From Candidatus Omnitrophota bacterium (GTDB lineage Bacteria; Omnitrophota; Gorgyraeia; JABMRN01; RBG-13-46-9), in assembly GCA_020346285.1 (NCBI GenBank), contig CP070780.1, positions 1,113,021 to 1,177,020 of the forward strand: DNA of 64,000 nucleotides, given 5' to 3'. Within the stretch, counting starts at the first letter, position 1; each line of letters begins with the position of its first letter. The notes beneath the pieces are model-generated. The model was not told the origin of the DNA and ran no database searches. It was given only the letters and a program-made list of their open reading frames with translations. Below, one piece after another: positions 1 through 9,017 of the stretch. A program made the translations under genes and the position numbers.

Positions 1-1
1 G

Positions 2-481
2 AATAAACGTAGCTGGTTTTATGAGATTGTAACCGAAGGATATAGATACCACATGAGCAATATAAATGCAAGCATCGGTATTGCACAATTTAAAAAATTC
101 GAGAAATTTATAGAAAAGAAAAAGCGTATTGTTAAAGAGTACGACGATTTTTTTAAATATGTAAAGGGCATAGAACTTTTGCGTAGAAATTATACTGAAA
201 GCGCACCGTTTAATTATACGATAAGGGTTTCTGGTTCGAATAGAGAAAATATCAGGGATAGGTTTATAGGTTATATGGCAAAGAGGGGCATATCAATAGG
301 CATAAATTATATACCCAATCACATTCAGCCATTTTTCAGAAGATTCCGAAAAAGACTGCCTGTTACAGAAAAGGTCTGGAAAGAAATCGTATCCCTGCCG
401 CTTTATTACGATATGACGAAGGCTGAACTGAAAAAAGTGGAGTATTCTGTTAAAAGATTTATGGAAGGTAAAAGAAAATGA
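2..481 (+). CDS. DegT/DnrJ/EryC1/StrS-family PLP-dependent sugar aminotransferase, C-terminal part (5'-truncated by the window edge)
   Basis: The reading frame is open from nt 2 (NKRSWFYEIVTEGYRYHMSNINASIGIAQFKKFEKFIEKK). GYRYHMSNI..IGIAQ matches the conserved GxNYRM(T/S)(E/N)(I/L)QAA(I/L)G(L/I)AQL block of DegT enzymes, followed by the usual C-terminal domain. Confidence 0.6.
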   Translation, partial: NKRSWFYEIVTEGYRYHMSNINASIGIAQFKKFEKFIEKKKRIVKEYDDFFKYVKGIELLRRNYTESAPFNYTIRVSGSNRENIRDRFIGYMAKRGISIGINYIPNHIQPFFRRFRKRLPVTEKVWKEIVSLPLYYDMTKAELKKVEYSVKRFMEGKRK

Positions 482-1563
482 AAGTGCTTTTCATACCATA
501 CGGCACAGTAAAGGCGCCGGCGACACGTTACAGGGTTACGCAGTACCTTCCACATCTCGAGAGAGGGGGAATCGATTATTTTGTATTTTCAGCGATTTCG
601 AAGCTTTCGACTTCGTTTATGATTAAATCTCCCGATTTTGCGCCGCCCTTAAGATTTCTATATTATGTATATGTATCTATGGAAAGGGTATTTCGTTTTC
701 TGGCAATACTCTTTATTTCGAGGGGATTCGACATAATCTTTTTGCAGAGAACCACTTTTCCCCTTCGATTGGAGATGTTGCTCTCGATGGCGAATAACAA
801 TATCATCTTCGATATAGACGATGCCATATATTTACCTGATAGGGAGGGGGATGATTTTCTAACCCGCATAAAAAAATATATTAAAAAAAGCGAAGTAATA
901 AATATACTTAGGATATCCAGAATTGTCATTGTGGAAAACGAATATATAAAAAAATTTGTATCGCAATATTGTAAGGAAATCTTGAAATTACCGGGTCCTA
1001 TTGATACCGAGCGGTTTTTTATTCGCAATAAAGAAAACCTTGATGAGGTTGTTATCGGCTGGATAGGCTCTCCGGCCACAACCTTTTACCTTCACATGCT
1101 GGATAATATATTTGGAGATATTAAACAAAAATATGATTTTGTGAAGTTCAGATTTATAGGCCTGGGAAAGTATAAAAATCCTCCAGTAGAATTCGAAAGA
1201 ATAGACTGGAGCTCTGAAACAGAGGTCACGAATCTGCAGAGTTTTGATATAGGTATTATGCCGATGCCCGATAACGAATGGACAAGGGGTAAGCTCGGCT
1301 GTAAAATGCTCCAGTATATGGCGGTAGGTATACCGGCAGTTGTCTCTTTTACTCCGACTAATGCCGAAATAATAAATGACGGTGAAAATGGATTTTTTGT
1401 TACTAAAGAAGATGAATGGATGCGTATATTGTCTATGCTGATAGAGGATGCCTCTCTCAGAAGCAGAATAGGAAAGAAGGGGAGGGGTACCATCCAGGAG
1501 TTATGTTCGCTTCGGAAAAGCGTAACTCACTTGGTTAAAATATTTGAATCGTTAAAAAGGTAG
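478..1563 (+). CDS. GT-B fold glycosyltransferase, family 1 (GT4-like)
   Basis: 361 aa. The C-terminal half has a GT1 donor-binding signature (GWIGSP...FRFIGLG..., E..GKLGCKMLQYMAVGIPAVVS...NAEII.DGENGFFV resembles the EGFG..LEAMA.G.PVI motif). The start overlaps the upstream stop (ATGA). Confidence 0.7.
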   Translation: MKVLFIPYGTVKAPATRYRVTQYLPHLERGGIDYFVFSAISKLSTSFMIKSPDFAPPLRFLYYVYVSMERVFRFLAILFISRGFDIIFLQRTTFPLRLEMLLSMANNNIIFDIDDAIYLPDREGDDFLTRIKKYIKKSEVINILRISRIVIVENEYIKKFVSQYCKEILKLPGPIDTERFFIRNKENLDEVVIGWIGSPATTFYLHMLDNIFGDIKQKYDFVKFRFIGLGKYKNPPVEFERIDWSSETEVTNLQSFDIGIMPMPDNEWTRGKLGCKMLQYMAVGIPAVVSFTPTNAEIINDGENGFFVTKEDEWMRILSMLIEDASLRSRIGKKGRGTIQELCSLRKSVTHLVKIFESLKR

Positions 1564-1602
1564 GATCACAAATCGGATCATTTTTTATAATCAAATTATT
1601 TT
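1564..1602. terminator. possible weak bidirectional terminator region between convergent genes
   Basis: Convergent 3' ends. It contains a tandem direct repeat ATTTTTTATAATC x2 and T-runs, with only a weak GATC...GATC stem. This is a low-confidence call. Confidence 0.2.
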
Positions 1603-3039
1603 TTATAATCCGATTATGGCAGAAAAGCCATCTATCTGTCCTTTTAATTGATGCAACGTCCTGATAGAGAAGAGCCTCTGCAGAATATAGCCCAATCTGA
1701 AATAAAATCTCCTGGTTGCCTTATCTAAAAAGTCAGAAAATTCGTTTTGTTTCATACCGGGATTAATATAATAAATTTGTTTATGGTCAAGTATTGTACT
1801 TTTTGAAAAATCAAAAACATGCCCTTCCCGGGTTAGTATTTCGTATAATTCCGTACCTGGCAGGGGTGTGAATTTGTTGAAGTGGGCGTAATCCAGTTTC
1901 ATATCAATCGCAAAGCGTAGAGTTTTCTCTAGGCTTTCCCATGTCTCGCCGGGGGTACCGACAATAAAATCCCCCCTTACTTCAAGTCCGGCTTCTTTCG
2001 TCAGGAGGACAGCCCTTTTATTCATTGCTACAGTATTACCTTTTTTGAGAAGTTTGAGCATTCTGTCATCACCCGACTCAAAGCCGTACAAAACCTGCCA
2101 GCACCCAGCCCGTTTCATATGGTTTAGAAGGGGGCTATCTACACACGCGCATTTTGTAAGGCAGGTCCAAGAAATCTTGAGGCGCCTTTTCTCGAATTCA
2201 TCGCAGATCTCGTGCACTCTTTTTTTATTCAGTGTAAACGTGTCGTCAAAAAATCTGATTTCCCTCACCCCGTATTTCGAGACGACGTCTTCGATTTCCC
2301 GGAAGATATTAGAGACGCTTCTCATTCTGCAAAGCTTGCCGAATATTTTCCTGTCGCAAAAAGTACATTGCGACGGACAACCGCGGCTTGTCATGATGAC
2401 GACATATGGTACCCTGCGGCAGGATGCCGGGGTCGGCTTGTAAAATTTGGGATGGGGCAACAGGTGCCTTGCCGGCATCGGTATCGAATCCAAATCTTCA
2501 ATAAAAGCCCGATCTTTATTCCGGTGGATGTTATCGCCGTCTTTATAGATAATTCCGTGAACCTTGTCTAAATTCTCAAACTTTCTGTTTTTATAGTTCT
2601 TAAAAAGCTCTTCAACGGTTGACTCACCTTCGCCGGTTATTCCTATGTCAAAGAGACCGGTTTGCATCGTTTCTTTAGGCAAAGCTGTTACGTGGGCGCC
2701 CCCGATCAGGATTTTTGTTGCCGGGAGCTTTTCTCGGATAAATTTAGCCAGCTTCTCGGCTTTTATGAATGCAGGGGTAGTAGAAGTGATGCCGATGACG
2801 TCGGGAGATGTTTTCAATACCACCTTAAAAAGATCGTCGAAGGGGATTCCTATCGCGCAGTCAATAAGCCTTACTTCTATGCCGATTTTTTCTAAGATCG
2901 CCGCGATGTACGCAATTCCGAGAGGCGGCACGATATTGATAACTTTTTTTACGCTCTTTGTTTTTCCGACAGACTCTTCCTCTTGCTCAAAAGGGGGATT
3001 GATCAGCAATACCTTCGGCATGATATTTATTTTACTCAT
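1603..3039 (-). CDS. B12-binding (class B) radical SAM protein
   Basis: 478 aa. The N-terminal Rossmann-like domain carries the cobalamin-domain motif (KILIGGAHVTALP, GG.H.T). It is followed by the radical SAM motif SRGCPSQCTFCD (Cx3Cx2C). Confidence 0.8.
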   Translation of the reverse strand: MSKINIMPKVLLINPPFEQEEESVGKTKSVKKVINIVPPLGIAYIAAILEKIGIEVRLIDCAIGIPFDDLFKVVLKTSPDVIGITSTTPAFIKAEKLAKFIREKLPATKILIGGAHVTALPKETMQTGLFDIGITGEGESTVEELFKNYKNRKFENLDKVHGIIYKDGDNIHRNKDRAFIEDLDSIPMPARHLLPHPKFYKPTPASCRRVPYVVIMTSRGCPSQCTFCDRKIFGKLCRMRSVSNIFREIEDVVSKYGVREIRFFDDTFTLNKKRVHEICDEFEKRRLKISWTCLTKCACVDSPLLNHMKRAGCWQVLYGFESGDDRMLKLLKKGNTVAMNKRAVLLTKEAGLEVRGDFIVGTPGETWESLEKTLRFAIDMKLDYAHFNKFTPLPGTELYEILTREGHVFDFSKSTILDHKQIYYINPGMKQNEFSDFLDKATRRFYFRLGYILQRLFSIRTLHQLKGQIDGFSAIIGL

Positions 3040-3775
3040 TCTGCCACGATATTAACAACCGAATGGTAGTGGCGATATATTTCCATCCGCGTTTACAATA
3101 GTCGCCAAGACTGGAGCCTGTCTTTGAATAGCCACCTCTTCTCGAAGCCCAGACATATGGGATTTCAACTACCCGATAGTTTAATTTTAGGACGCGATAA
3201 ATAAAATCGATAAAGTATTCACCATAATCACCCTTCAATTCAATCCTGTCAAAAATTTCTTTACGTGCCACTACAAAACCGCTGGTGTAATCCTTAAATC
3301 TATGGTCAAGGCAGATCTGCGTGAATAAATTCATGAGTCTACTTAATGCTACTGCTAAAGGAGTATTTGCGGGATCCGTTTTTTCGCCTATCCAATTACC
3401 TCCTAAAACAAACCGGGAGCCGACAGCCACGTCATGGCCCGCATTTATAAGGGACAAAAGTACGGGAAGATATTTCGGGGGCATTGAAAAATCACAGTCC
3501 ATCCAACCTATCGCGTCCCCCGAAGCCAACTCTATGCCCCTTTTTATGCTATTTGTCAAACCATGGCTTTCTTGCCTTACTTCAAGCTTCAAAAAGGGAT
3601 ATTTACCAGTTTTAATCATATTTTCAACAATACCAGCCGTGCCGTCAGGGGAATCGTCATCGACGACTATTATTTCATGCACGTCTTGCAGGGCGTCTTT
3701 TATGGCGTCTATTAAGGGGTGAATATTTTCGGCTTCATTTAATGCAGGCAGGATGACTGATAATCGTTTTTTCAT
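3032..3775 (-). CDS. GT2 glycosyltransferase, polyprenyl-phosphate sugar transferase type (DPM1/ArnC-like)
   Basis: 247 aa. LSVILPALNEAENI...IIVVDDDSPDGT is the GT-A DxD-region signature typical of dolichyl/undecaprenyl-phosphate hexose transferases. The start overlaps the DegT stop. Confidence 0.8.
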   Translation of the reverse strand: MKKRLSVILPALNEAENIHPLIDAIKDALQDVHEIIVVDDDSPDGTAGIVENMIKTGKYPFLKLEVRQESHGLTNSIKRGIELASGDAIGWMDCDFSMPPKYLPVLLSLINAGHDVAVGSRFVLGGNWIGEKTDPANTPLAVALSRLMNLFTQICLDHRFKDYTSGFVVARKEIFDRIELKGDYGEYFIDFIYRVLKLNYRVVEIPYVWASRRGGYSKTGSSLGDYCKRGWKYIATTIRLLISWQNE

Positions 3776-4977
3776 TGGAGCAATCCTTTTAATACATGAG
3801 AGACTTCTTTTATCTCGGTGTCTTTGATTGCCTGGCCGCTGGGAAGGTAAAAACCGCTTCTGGCGATTTTTTCCGTCACAGGGTAAGACTCGCCTTTAAA
3901 ATACCCATCCTTACGGAATAGAGGCTGCTCATGAATTCCGATAAAGAAAGGCCTTGTCTGAATGCCGCGTTCCGCCAATCTTTGCATTATTTTATATGAG
4001 GGCCAATTCTTGTGTTTCTCGGGAGTTATGTGAACCCAGCCTTTTTCAAAATATGATTGGTTTTTTTTATCTTCGTGAAGAAGAACGCTATACATCCAGA
4101 TGACATTTTTAGCCCACTTATGTTCTACAGGCAGCTGAAGAGATAAACCGTTCAGGCCTTCGGAATATTTTTTTGCCATATCGAGTTTACGTTCAATTGT
4201 TCTATCGAGGTGTTCCAATTGGGCGAGTCCGATAGCAGCCTGGATATTTGTCATCCGGTAATTATGGCCTAACTCATGATGTAAAAATCTCGGGGTTTTC
4301 AGAAAACAAAGGTTTCTATGCTTACGTAGACGCCGGACAATTGCCTCGTCAGAGGTTAAAACCATGCCTCCTTCACCGGTTGTTATATTTTTGTTGGCAT
4401 AGAACGAAAAGCATGAAAGCTCGCCGAAACTGCCGCATTTCCGCCAGTAGGCGGTTGCCCCATCCTTAGAGCCCTTGCAGGCATCTTTTTTTGCGGCCTT
4501 TGACGGCCTGGTGCTCAGATATTCCCCGCCATGCGCTTCGGCGGCATCCTCAATAATGATAAGGCCGTGTTTTTCCGCGATAGCTATTATGGGGTCCATA
4601 TCGCAAGGGTGCCCGTAAATATGCACGGGCATAATCGCGACTGTGCGTTCCGTAATTTTCTCTTCTATCTGGCCAACATCCATGCAGTAGGTTTCAGGAT
4701 TACAGTCAATGGGTACGGGCACACATCCATTTTTCACTATGGCCTGCGCGCAGGAAATAATAGTAAAGCTGGGTAAAATTATTTCACTTCCCTTGGGAAA
4801 ATTGCAGACCTCAACGGCCAATTCCAGTGCCACGGTTCCGTTCGAAACACCGACACCGTATTTCTGTCCGCAATACTGCGCCCATTCCGTTTCAAAACGC
4901 TCTAGATAATTGCCGGAAGAAGAAATCCAGCTTGTTTTAACGCAATCGGATACGTATTTTAGTTCATTTCCCGACAT
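3772..4977 (-). CDS. DegT/DnrJ/EryC1/StrS-family PLP-dependent sugar aminotransferase
   Basis: 401 aa. SGNELKYV..C.....SSSG.Y...FE..WA.Y.G.KYGVGVSNGTVALELAV; ...IEDAAEAHG...; GHNYRMTNIQAAIGLAQLEHLD. It contains an approximately 30-aa Lys-rich insertion. Confidence 0.85.
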   Translation of the reverse strand: MSGNELKYVSDCVKTSWISSSGNYLERFETEWAQYCGQKYGVGVSNGTVALELAVEVCNFPKGSEIILPSFTIISCAQAIVKNGCVPVPIDCNPETYCMDVGQIEEKITERTVAIMPVHIYGHPCDMDPIIAIAEKHGLIIIEDAAEAHGGEYLSTRPSKAAKKDACKGSKDGATAYWRKCGSFGELSCFSFYANKNITTGEGGMVLTSDEAIVRRLRKHRNLCFLKTPRFLHHELGHNYRMTNIQAAIGLAQLEHLDRTIERKLDMAKKYSEGLNGLSLQLPVEHKWAKNVIWMYSVLLHEDKKNQSYFEKGWVHITPEKHKNWPSYKIMQRLAERGIQTRPFFIGIHEQPLFRKDGYFKGESYPVTEKIARSGFYLPSGQAIKDTEIKEVSHVLKGLLQ

Positions 4978-5038
4978 TAAAGGTTCGTTTACGGGGATAA
5001 TATTTAGTCTCCCTTGTCCCGTTAGACACGAATAGTGT

Positions 5039-5476
5039 CTAACGGGGCTTAATTTTCCGTTTTGTTAAAGTAGACGAAAACCTCTCTTTTTCCTGAACAC
5101 CAATATACGGGCCTTGCTTTATCTCCAAGAATATACTGCGTTCATGGAAATGGAAACCGTGGCCCCCGGAAACAAGTATAAGGACATCGCCGGGAAAAAG
5201 TTCGCGGCTTTCTGTATAGTTCTTTTTCTGCGAATAAAAGTCGACGCGGACATGCCCGTTTCTAAGAATTAAAACCTCGGAGGTGCCTTTAATGTTGCGT
5301 GGCATTTCATGATGAATATGGGGTTCGATATCCTTATTCGCGTCGTAAACAATAAAACCCACCTGCTGTTTAAACGTTTCAGGCGTAATGAATTCCGTCT
5401 TCTCCGGATTGTAATTTGCCCTGATAATAAGGGCTAAGAGCTCGCCGTTATGTTCTATTTGCTCTTTTATGCCCAT
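5039..5476 (-). CDS. cupin-fold protein, possibly a WxcM/FdtA-like sugar 3,4-ketoisomerase
   Basis: 145 aa. It has a beta-rich sequence with His-containing cupin-like motifs (EPHIHHEMP..., GGHGFHFHE). Its position in a sugar-aminotransferase unit suggests a keto-sugar isomerase. The family assignment is weak. Confidence 0.35.
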   Translation of the reverse strand: MGIKEQIEHNGELLALIIRANYNPEKTEFITPETFKQQVGFIVYDANKDIEPHIHHEMPRNIKGTSEVLILRNGHVRVDFYSQKKNYTESRELFPGDVLILVSGGHGFHFHERSIFLEIKQGPYIGVQEKERFSSTLTKRKIKPR

Positions 5477-5533
5477 TATAAACCCCTATCTCGTGAACTC
5501 TTCTTAAGAGGAGATATCATACCTAAACCTTAT

Positions 5534-5562
5534 TTAATAACATAAAATAACGATTTAATCAA
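5534..5562 (-). promoter_or_regulatory. candidate sigma70-type promoter for the minus-strand unit (cupin/DegT/GT2/rSAM)
   Basis: On the minus strand this reads TTGATT-17nt-TATTAA (plus-strand AATCAA at 5557-5562 and TTAATA at 5534-5539). There is a GGGG Shine-Dalgarno about 7 nt before the ATG at 5476. Confidence 0.25.
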
Positions 5563-5641
5563 GCGAATTTTTAAGAATTCACTTGAAAAAAACCGGGAAA
5601 AAGAAAGGAAGTAGAAGCAATATTAAAATTTGCAATAATGA

Positions 5642-5670
5642 TTGACAACAGAAACATTGTATGCTATAGT
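5642..5670 (+). promoter_or_regulatory. near-consensus sigma70 promoter with extended -10, heading the long plus-strand gene array
   Basis: TTGACA (5642-5647), a 17-nt spacer, then TGcTATAGT (extended -10, 5662-5670). It lies about 90 nt upstream of the regulator start at 5759, which has a GAGGAG RBS. Confidence 0.5.
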
Positions 5671-5758
5671 TTGTTTAGAACGTTTTAAACGATGTGAATA
5701 TCTACAAACACGTAGAAAATTATGAGTGAAAAAGTGGAAAAAGAACGAGGAGAAAGTT

Positions 5759-6313
5759 ATGAGTGAAGAATTGGAAAAAGCCCAGGATATACTTTTGGGC
5801 AAGGTGAACCAACTATGCGCTAAATTCGGGCTCAATAATGTAATGGCCCAACTTTACATCGTACTATACTTACAGGGTAAGTCCATGTCGCTTGATGCCA
5901 TGGTTGAGCGGCTTAAGATTAGCAAGGGAAGCGTAAGCGTCAATATAAGGGCCCTTGAAAGATACGGTGCTGTAAGAAAAGTATGGGTTAAAGGCTCCAG
6001 GAAAGACTTTTATGAGGTAGAGACAGATATTTCCAGGCTAATAATAGAGAGAGTCAAGTCAATGATACAGGGTCGACTATCTGAAGTGAAGGAAGCGATA
6101 GATGCTTCGCATCGAGCGCTTAACTCCATTAAACCTGTAGATAAAGAAGAAAGGGAGTCTATAAAGGTATTTAACGAAAGGTTAAATCAGCTGAATAAAG
6201 TTCAGAACAAAGCCCGGGGCCTCTTTAATCTATTTAATTCGAGTTTTCTCAACAAAGCGATAGGCCTTAAAACCAAGAGAAATAATAAAGAAGAAATGGT
6301 TGAAATTCATTGA
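5759..6313 (+). CDS. GbsR/MarR-type winged-helix transcriptional regulator
   Basis: LGKVNQLCAKFGLNNVMAQLYIVLYLQGKSMSLDAMVERLKISKGSVSVNIRALERYGAVRKVW.KGSRKDFYE matches the GbsR-family wHTH core. I prefer the ATG at 5759 (GAGGAG RBS) over the upstream GTG at 5726. Confidence 0.65.
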   Translation: MSEELEKAQDILLGKVNQLCAKFGLNNVMAQLYIVLYLQGKSMSLDAMVERLKISKGSVSVNIRALERYGAVRKVWVKGSRKDFYEVETDISRLIIERVKSMIQGRLSEVKEAIDASHRALNSIKPVDKEERESIKVFNERLNQLNKVQNKARGLFNLFNSSFLNKAIGLKTKRNNKEEMVEIH

Positions 6314-7307
6314 AAAGATAGAATTTATGAAATTTACAATAGGTTTTGAGAAAGAAGATACGAAAAAACTCCATAAAATGTGGGATGAAATCATAAAAAC
6401 GCACAAATGGTCAGAAGGAAAGTTTACTCAAATGTTTGAGGAAAGATGGAATGCCTGTAACGATGCGGATTCCGTGGCCTTTTCAAGCTGGGGAGGTGCC
6501 GCATTGGCTGTGTTGGAGTTTTTTAATGTGAAGGGAAAAACAGTGCTTTGTCCCGCCAACACATTTATGGCCACGCCTCTCAGTATCATGAAAGCAGGGG
6601 GTAAGGTTCAATTTGTGGATTGCAATAAGAATGACCTTTGTATGAGCGCGGAAGATTTAAAAGAAAAAATAAATAAATATAATCCATTTGCCGTATTTAT
6701 AGTACATATTGGAGGGCATATAGCATTCCAGATAGAGGAAATAGCAAAATTATGCAAAGAAAAAGGCATTATATTGATTGAAGATTGCGCGCATAGCCAT
6801 GGCGCTTCCTGGAGGGGTCGAAAAGCGGGCACATGGGGGAATGCCGGTATATATTCTTTTTATTCCACAAAAACCATTTCCACAGGCGAAGGCGGCATGC
6901 TGGTTACCAGAAACAAGGATCTTCTAAATTACGCCAAAAAATACAGAAATTACGGAAAATTCGAATACGAAGTAGAGGGCTTAAATTACAGAATGAATGA
7001 GTTTACCGCAGCGGTCGGCTGCGTCCAGGTCAATAGATTGGATGAAATCGTTGATTGGAAAAATGCATACGCCAGAAAATATCTGGACCCCGAATATCCC
7101 AACAGAGTCAATTTTCCTGAAGGAATGAAATCCGGCTATTATAAGTATATCGTATTCGATGAAATTGAGAAATCCACGGGAAAGGTATACGATAAACCCT
7201 GCCATCGAATATTGAAAAAGAGCGATAGTCTGCCGAATACCGATTGGATCGCAAAGAATCATTGGTGTGTTCCCATTTATTACAAGGGTTCTTCTACGCC
7301 AAAGTAG
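6300..7307 (+). CDS. DegT/DnrJ/EryC1/StrS-family PLP-dependent aminotransferase (short N-terminus)
   Basis: 335 aa. IEDCAHSHGASWRGRKAGTWGNAGIYSFYSTKTISTGEGGMLVT...; EGLNYRMNEFTAAVGCVQVNRLDEIV. The N-terminal region is shorter than in typical approximately 380-aa homologues. Confidence 0.8.
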   Translation: MKFIEKIEFMKFTIGFEKEDTKKLHKMWDEIIKTHKWSEGKFTQMFEERWNACNDADSVAFSSWGGAALAVLEFFNVKGKTVLCPANTFMATPLSIMKAGGKVQFVDCNKNDLCMSAEDLKEKINKYNPFAVFIVHIGGHIAFQIEEIAKLCKEKGIILIEDCAHSHGASWRGRKAGTWGNAGIYSFYSTKTISTGEGGMLVTRNKDLLNYAKKYRNYGKFEYEVEGLNYRMNEFTAAVGCVQVNRLDEIVDWKNAYARKYLDPEYPNRVNFPEGMKSGYYKYIVFDEIEKSTGKVYDKPCHRILKKSDSLPNTDWIAKNHWCVPIYYKGSSTPK

Positions 7308-7312
7308 AATTT

Positions 7313-7372
7313 CACAGTAGCTGTGCTTCGAAGAATTCTACGAAGCATAGCATCAATGAAATTTCTACTGTG
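7313..7372 (+). promoter_or_regulatory. nested inverted repeat (potential stem-loop) in the largest intra-array intergenic gap
   Basis: Outer arms are CACAGTAG (7313-7320) and CTACTGTG (7365-7372). The inner imperfect palindrome GCTTCGAAGAATTCTACGAAGC (7325-7346) is centred on GAATTC. It lies in the 87-nt gap between 7307 and 7395. Confidence 0.3.
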
Positions 7373-7394
7373 GCGAAGTAGAAAGGGAGGAAAA

Positions 7395-8345
7395 GTGAAA
7401 GTACTGGTTACAGGCGGAAGCGGTTTTATTGGCTCTCATGTTGTAGAAAAATTGTTGGATAGAGGGATAAGGGTAAGGATTTATGACCTTATGTACCCCG
7501 ATTTTTTAGAAAGTCTCGCGGAGGGCAAAAGAAAAATGGTGGAATATTATCAGGGAAGCCTGCTGGAAGAAGACAGAATCAGACTGGCCCTATCAGGGAT
7601 GGATGCCATTTTTCACCTGGCCGCTGTAGCGGATGTGAATGATGTAGCAAGCGAACCCCGATACGCAGAAAATATAAACATGAAAGGGACTTTTAACATA
7701 CTTGAAGCGGCGCGCTTTACAAAGGTAAAAAGGGTTATTTTTGCAAGCACGGTCTGGGTGTACCAGGATACCCCGCAAGAAGAGAAAATCTTGACGGAAG
7801 ATTCTCCTATTTCGCTTCCTTCTCATTTTTATACCGCGACAAAATTTGCAGGGGAAGCAAATTGCACTTCTTATTCAAAACTTTTTAATGTCCCTTTTAC
7901 TATTTTAAGATTCGGTATCCCCTACGGGCCAAGAGCAAGGGGTACCACCGTCGGCGCGATTTTTGTGGATAAAGCCTTAAAGGGTGAACCACTTACTATT
8001 GCAGGAGACGGGAGCCAATATCGAAAATTTGTTTATGTAGAGGATCTGGCCGAGGGTTGCATATTGGCTTTAAAAAGTATCGCCAGAAATAAAATTTATA
8101 ATTTAGAAGGCGATAAGAAAATCACGATCAAACAAATAGCAGAGACCATAAAAGAGATATTGGGCGAGGCCAAGATTGTCTATATCGCAGACAGGAAAGG
8201 TGATTTTTCCGGAAAAGAGATTTCGAACGAAAAAGCAAAAAAAGAGTTAGGCTGGTATCCGCGAGTTTCTTTTAAAGAGGGTTTAACGGAATATATCGAA
8301 TGGTATAAGAGTGTTCTGAAAGATACCGCAGAAATAGAAATATAA
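7395..8345 (+). CDS. NAD-dependent sugar epimerase/dehydratase (extended SDR)
   Basis: GTG start after an AAGGGAGG RBS. MKVLVTGGSGFIGSHVVEKLLDRGIRVRIYDL is the GxxGxxG Rossmann motif. There is a catalytic YxxxK region (YTATKFAGE). Confidence 0.85.
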   Translation: MKVLVTGGSGFIGSHVVEKLLDRGIRVRIYDLMYPDFLESLAEGKRKMVEYYQGSLLEEDRIRLALSGMDAIFHLAAVADVNDVASEPRYAENINMKGTFNILEAARFTKVKRVIFASTVWVYQDTPQEEKILTEDSPISLPSHFYTATKFAGEANCTSYSKLFNVPFTILRFGIPYGPRARGTTVGAIFVDKALKGEPLTIAGDGSQYRKFVYVEDLAEGCILALKSIARNKIYNLEGDKKITIKQIAETIKEILGEAKIVYIADRKGDFSGKEISNEKAKKELGWYPRVSFKEGLTEYIEWYKSVLKDTAEIEI

Positions 8346-8348
8346 TTA

Positions 8349-9017
8349 ATGAAAAAAATTTTAATTATTGCCCCGCACATGGACGATGAAGTTCTTGGAT
8401 GCGGCGGCACGATATTAAGGTATACCGAAGAGAAGAAGGATGTCTTTATATGTTTTATAGCCAATAGAGCGTACCGTCACCGAATTGATAAAAATAAAAA
8501 CAGAATTCAGAAAAAACATACGCTTCTCGCAAAAAGGATTTTAGGCTATAAAGAAGCGGTATTTTATGAATTAAACGACGAACGGCTCGATATATCGGTT
8601 CAGGACATAATAATTTTGCTTGAATGCTATGTGAACAAGATACAGCCTGGCGCGGTGTACATCCCCTTTATGGGCGATAACAATCAGGACCATAGGGCAG
8701 TTTTTGATGCGGCAAGGGTTGCATTGAGGCCTGCCGCGACACCTTTTGTAAATAGTGTATATATGTATGAAATCCCGTCTTCAACAGAACAGTCACCCCC
8801 CTTAAAAGAAAGCGCATTTCTTCCAAATTACTATGTAGATATAACTAAGTACATTGACAAAAAGACGAAGGCCTTTAGCTCCTATAAAGACGAAAGACGA
8901 AAATATCCCCATCCCCGTTCCGAAAGGGCTATCAGGGCCCTGGCCCAGAAACGGGGTGTTGAAATAGGATTTAAATATGCGGAGGCCTTCATGGTTTTAA
9001 GGGAGAAAGCTCGATGA
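8349..9017 (+). CDS. PIG-L/LmbE-family N-deacetylase
   Basis: ILIIAPHMDDEVLGCGGTILRY is the hallmark (A/S)PHxDDE..G.GG motif of the LmbE/PIG-L family. Confidence 0.8.
   Translation: MKKILIIAPHMDDEVLGCGGTILRYTEEKKDVFICFIANRAYRHRIDKNKNRIQKKHTLLAKRILGYKEAVFYELNDERLDISVQDIIILLECYVNKIQPGAVYIPFMGDNNQDHRAVFDAARVALRPAATPFVNSVYMYEIPSSTEQSPPLKESAFLPNYYVDITKYIDKKTKAFSSYKDERRKYPHPRSERAIRALAQKRGVEIGFKYAEAFMVLREKAR

Noticed and set aside
663-1493. Antisense ORFs (663-1079 -, 1092-1493 -) inside the GT1 gene. Similar antisense or out-of-frame ORFs occur throughout (for example 2045-2571 +, 3321-3722 +, 4248-4909 +, 10503-11168 -, 24088-24519 -, 45590-46590 -, 59315-60025 -).
   Set aside because: They lie entirely within longer ORFs that have clear family motifs on the opposite strand or in another frame. 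Their products are low-complexity with no recognisable motifs. They are typical shadow ORFs.
5623-5835. A 70-aa minus-strand ORF spanning the promoter region.
   Set aside because: It overlaps the strong plus-strand promoter and the regulator start. Its composition is AT-rich and low-complexity, so it is probably spurious.
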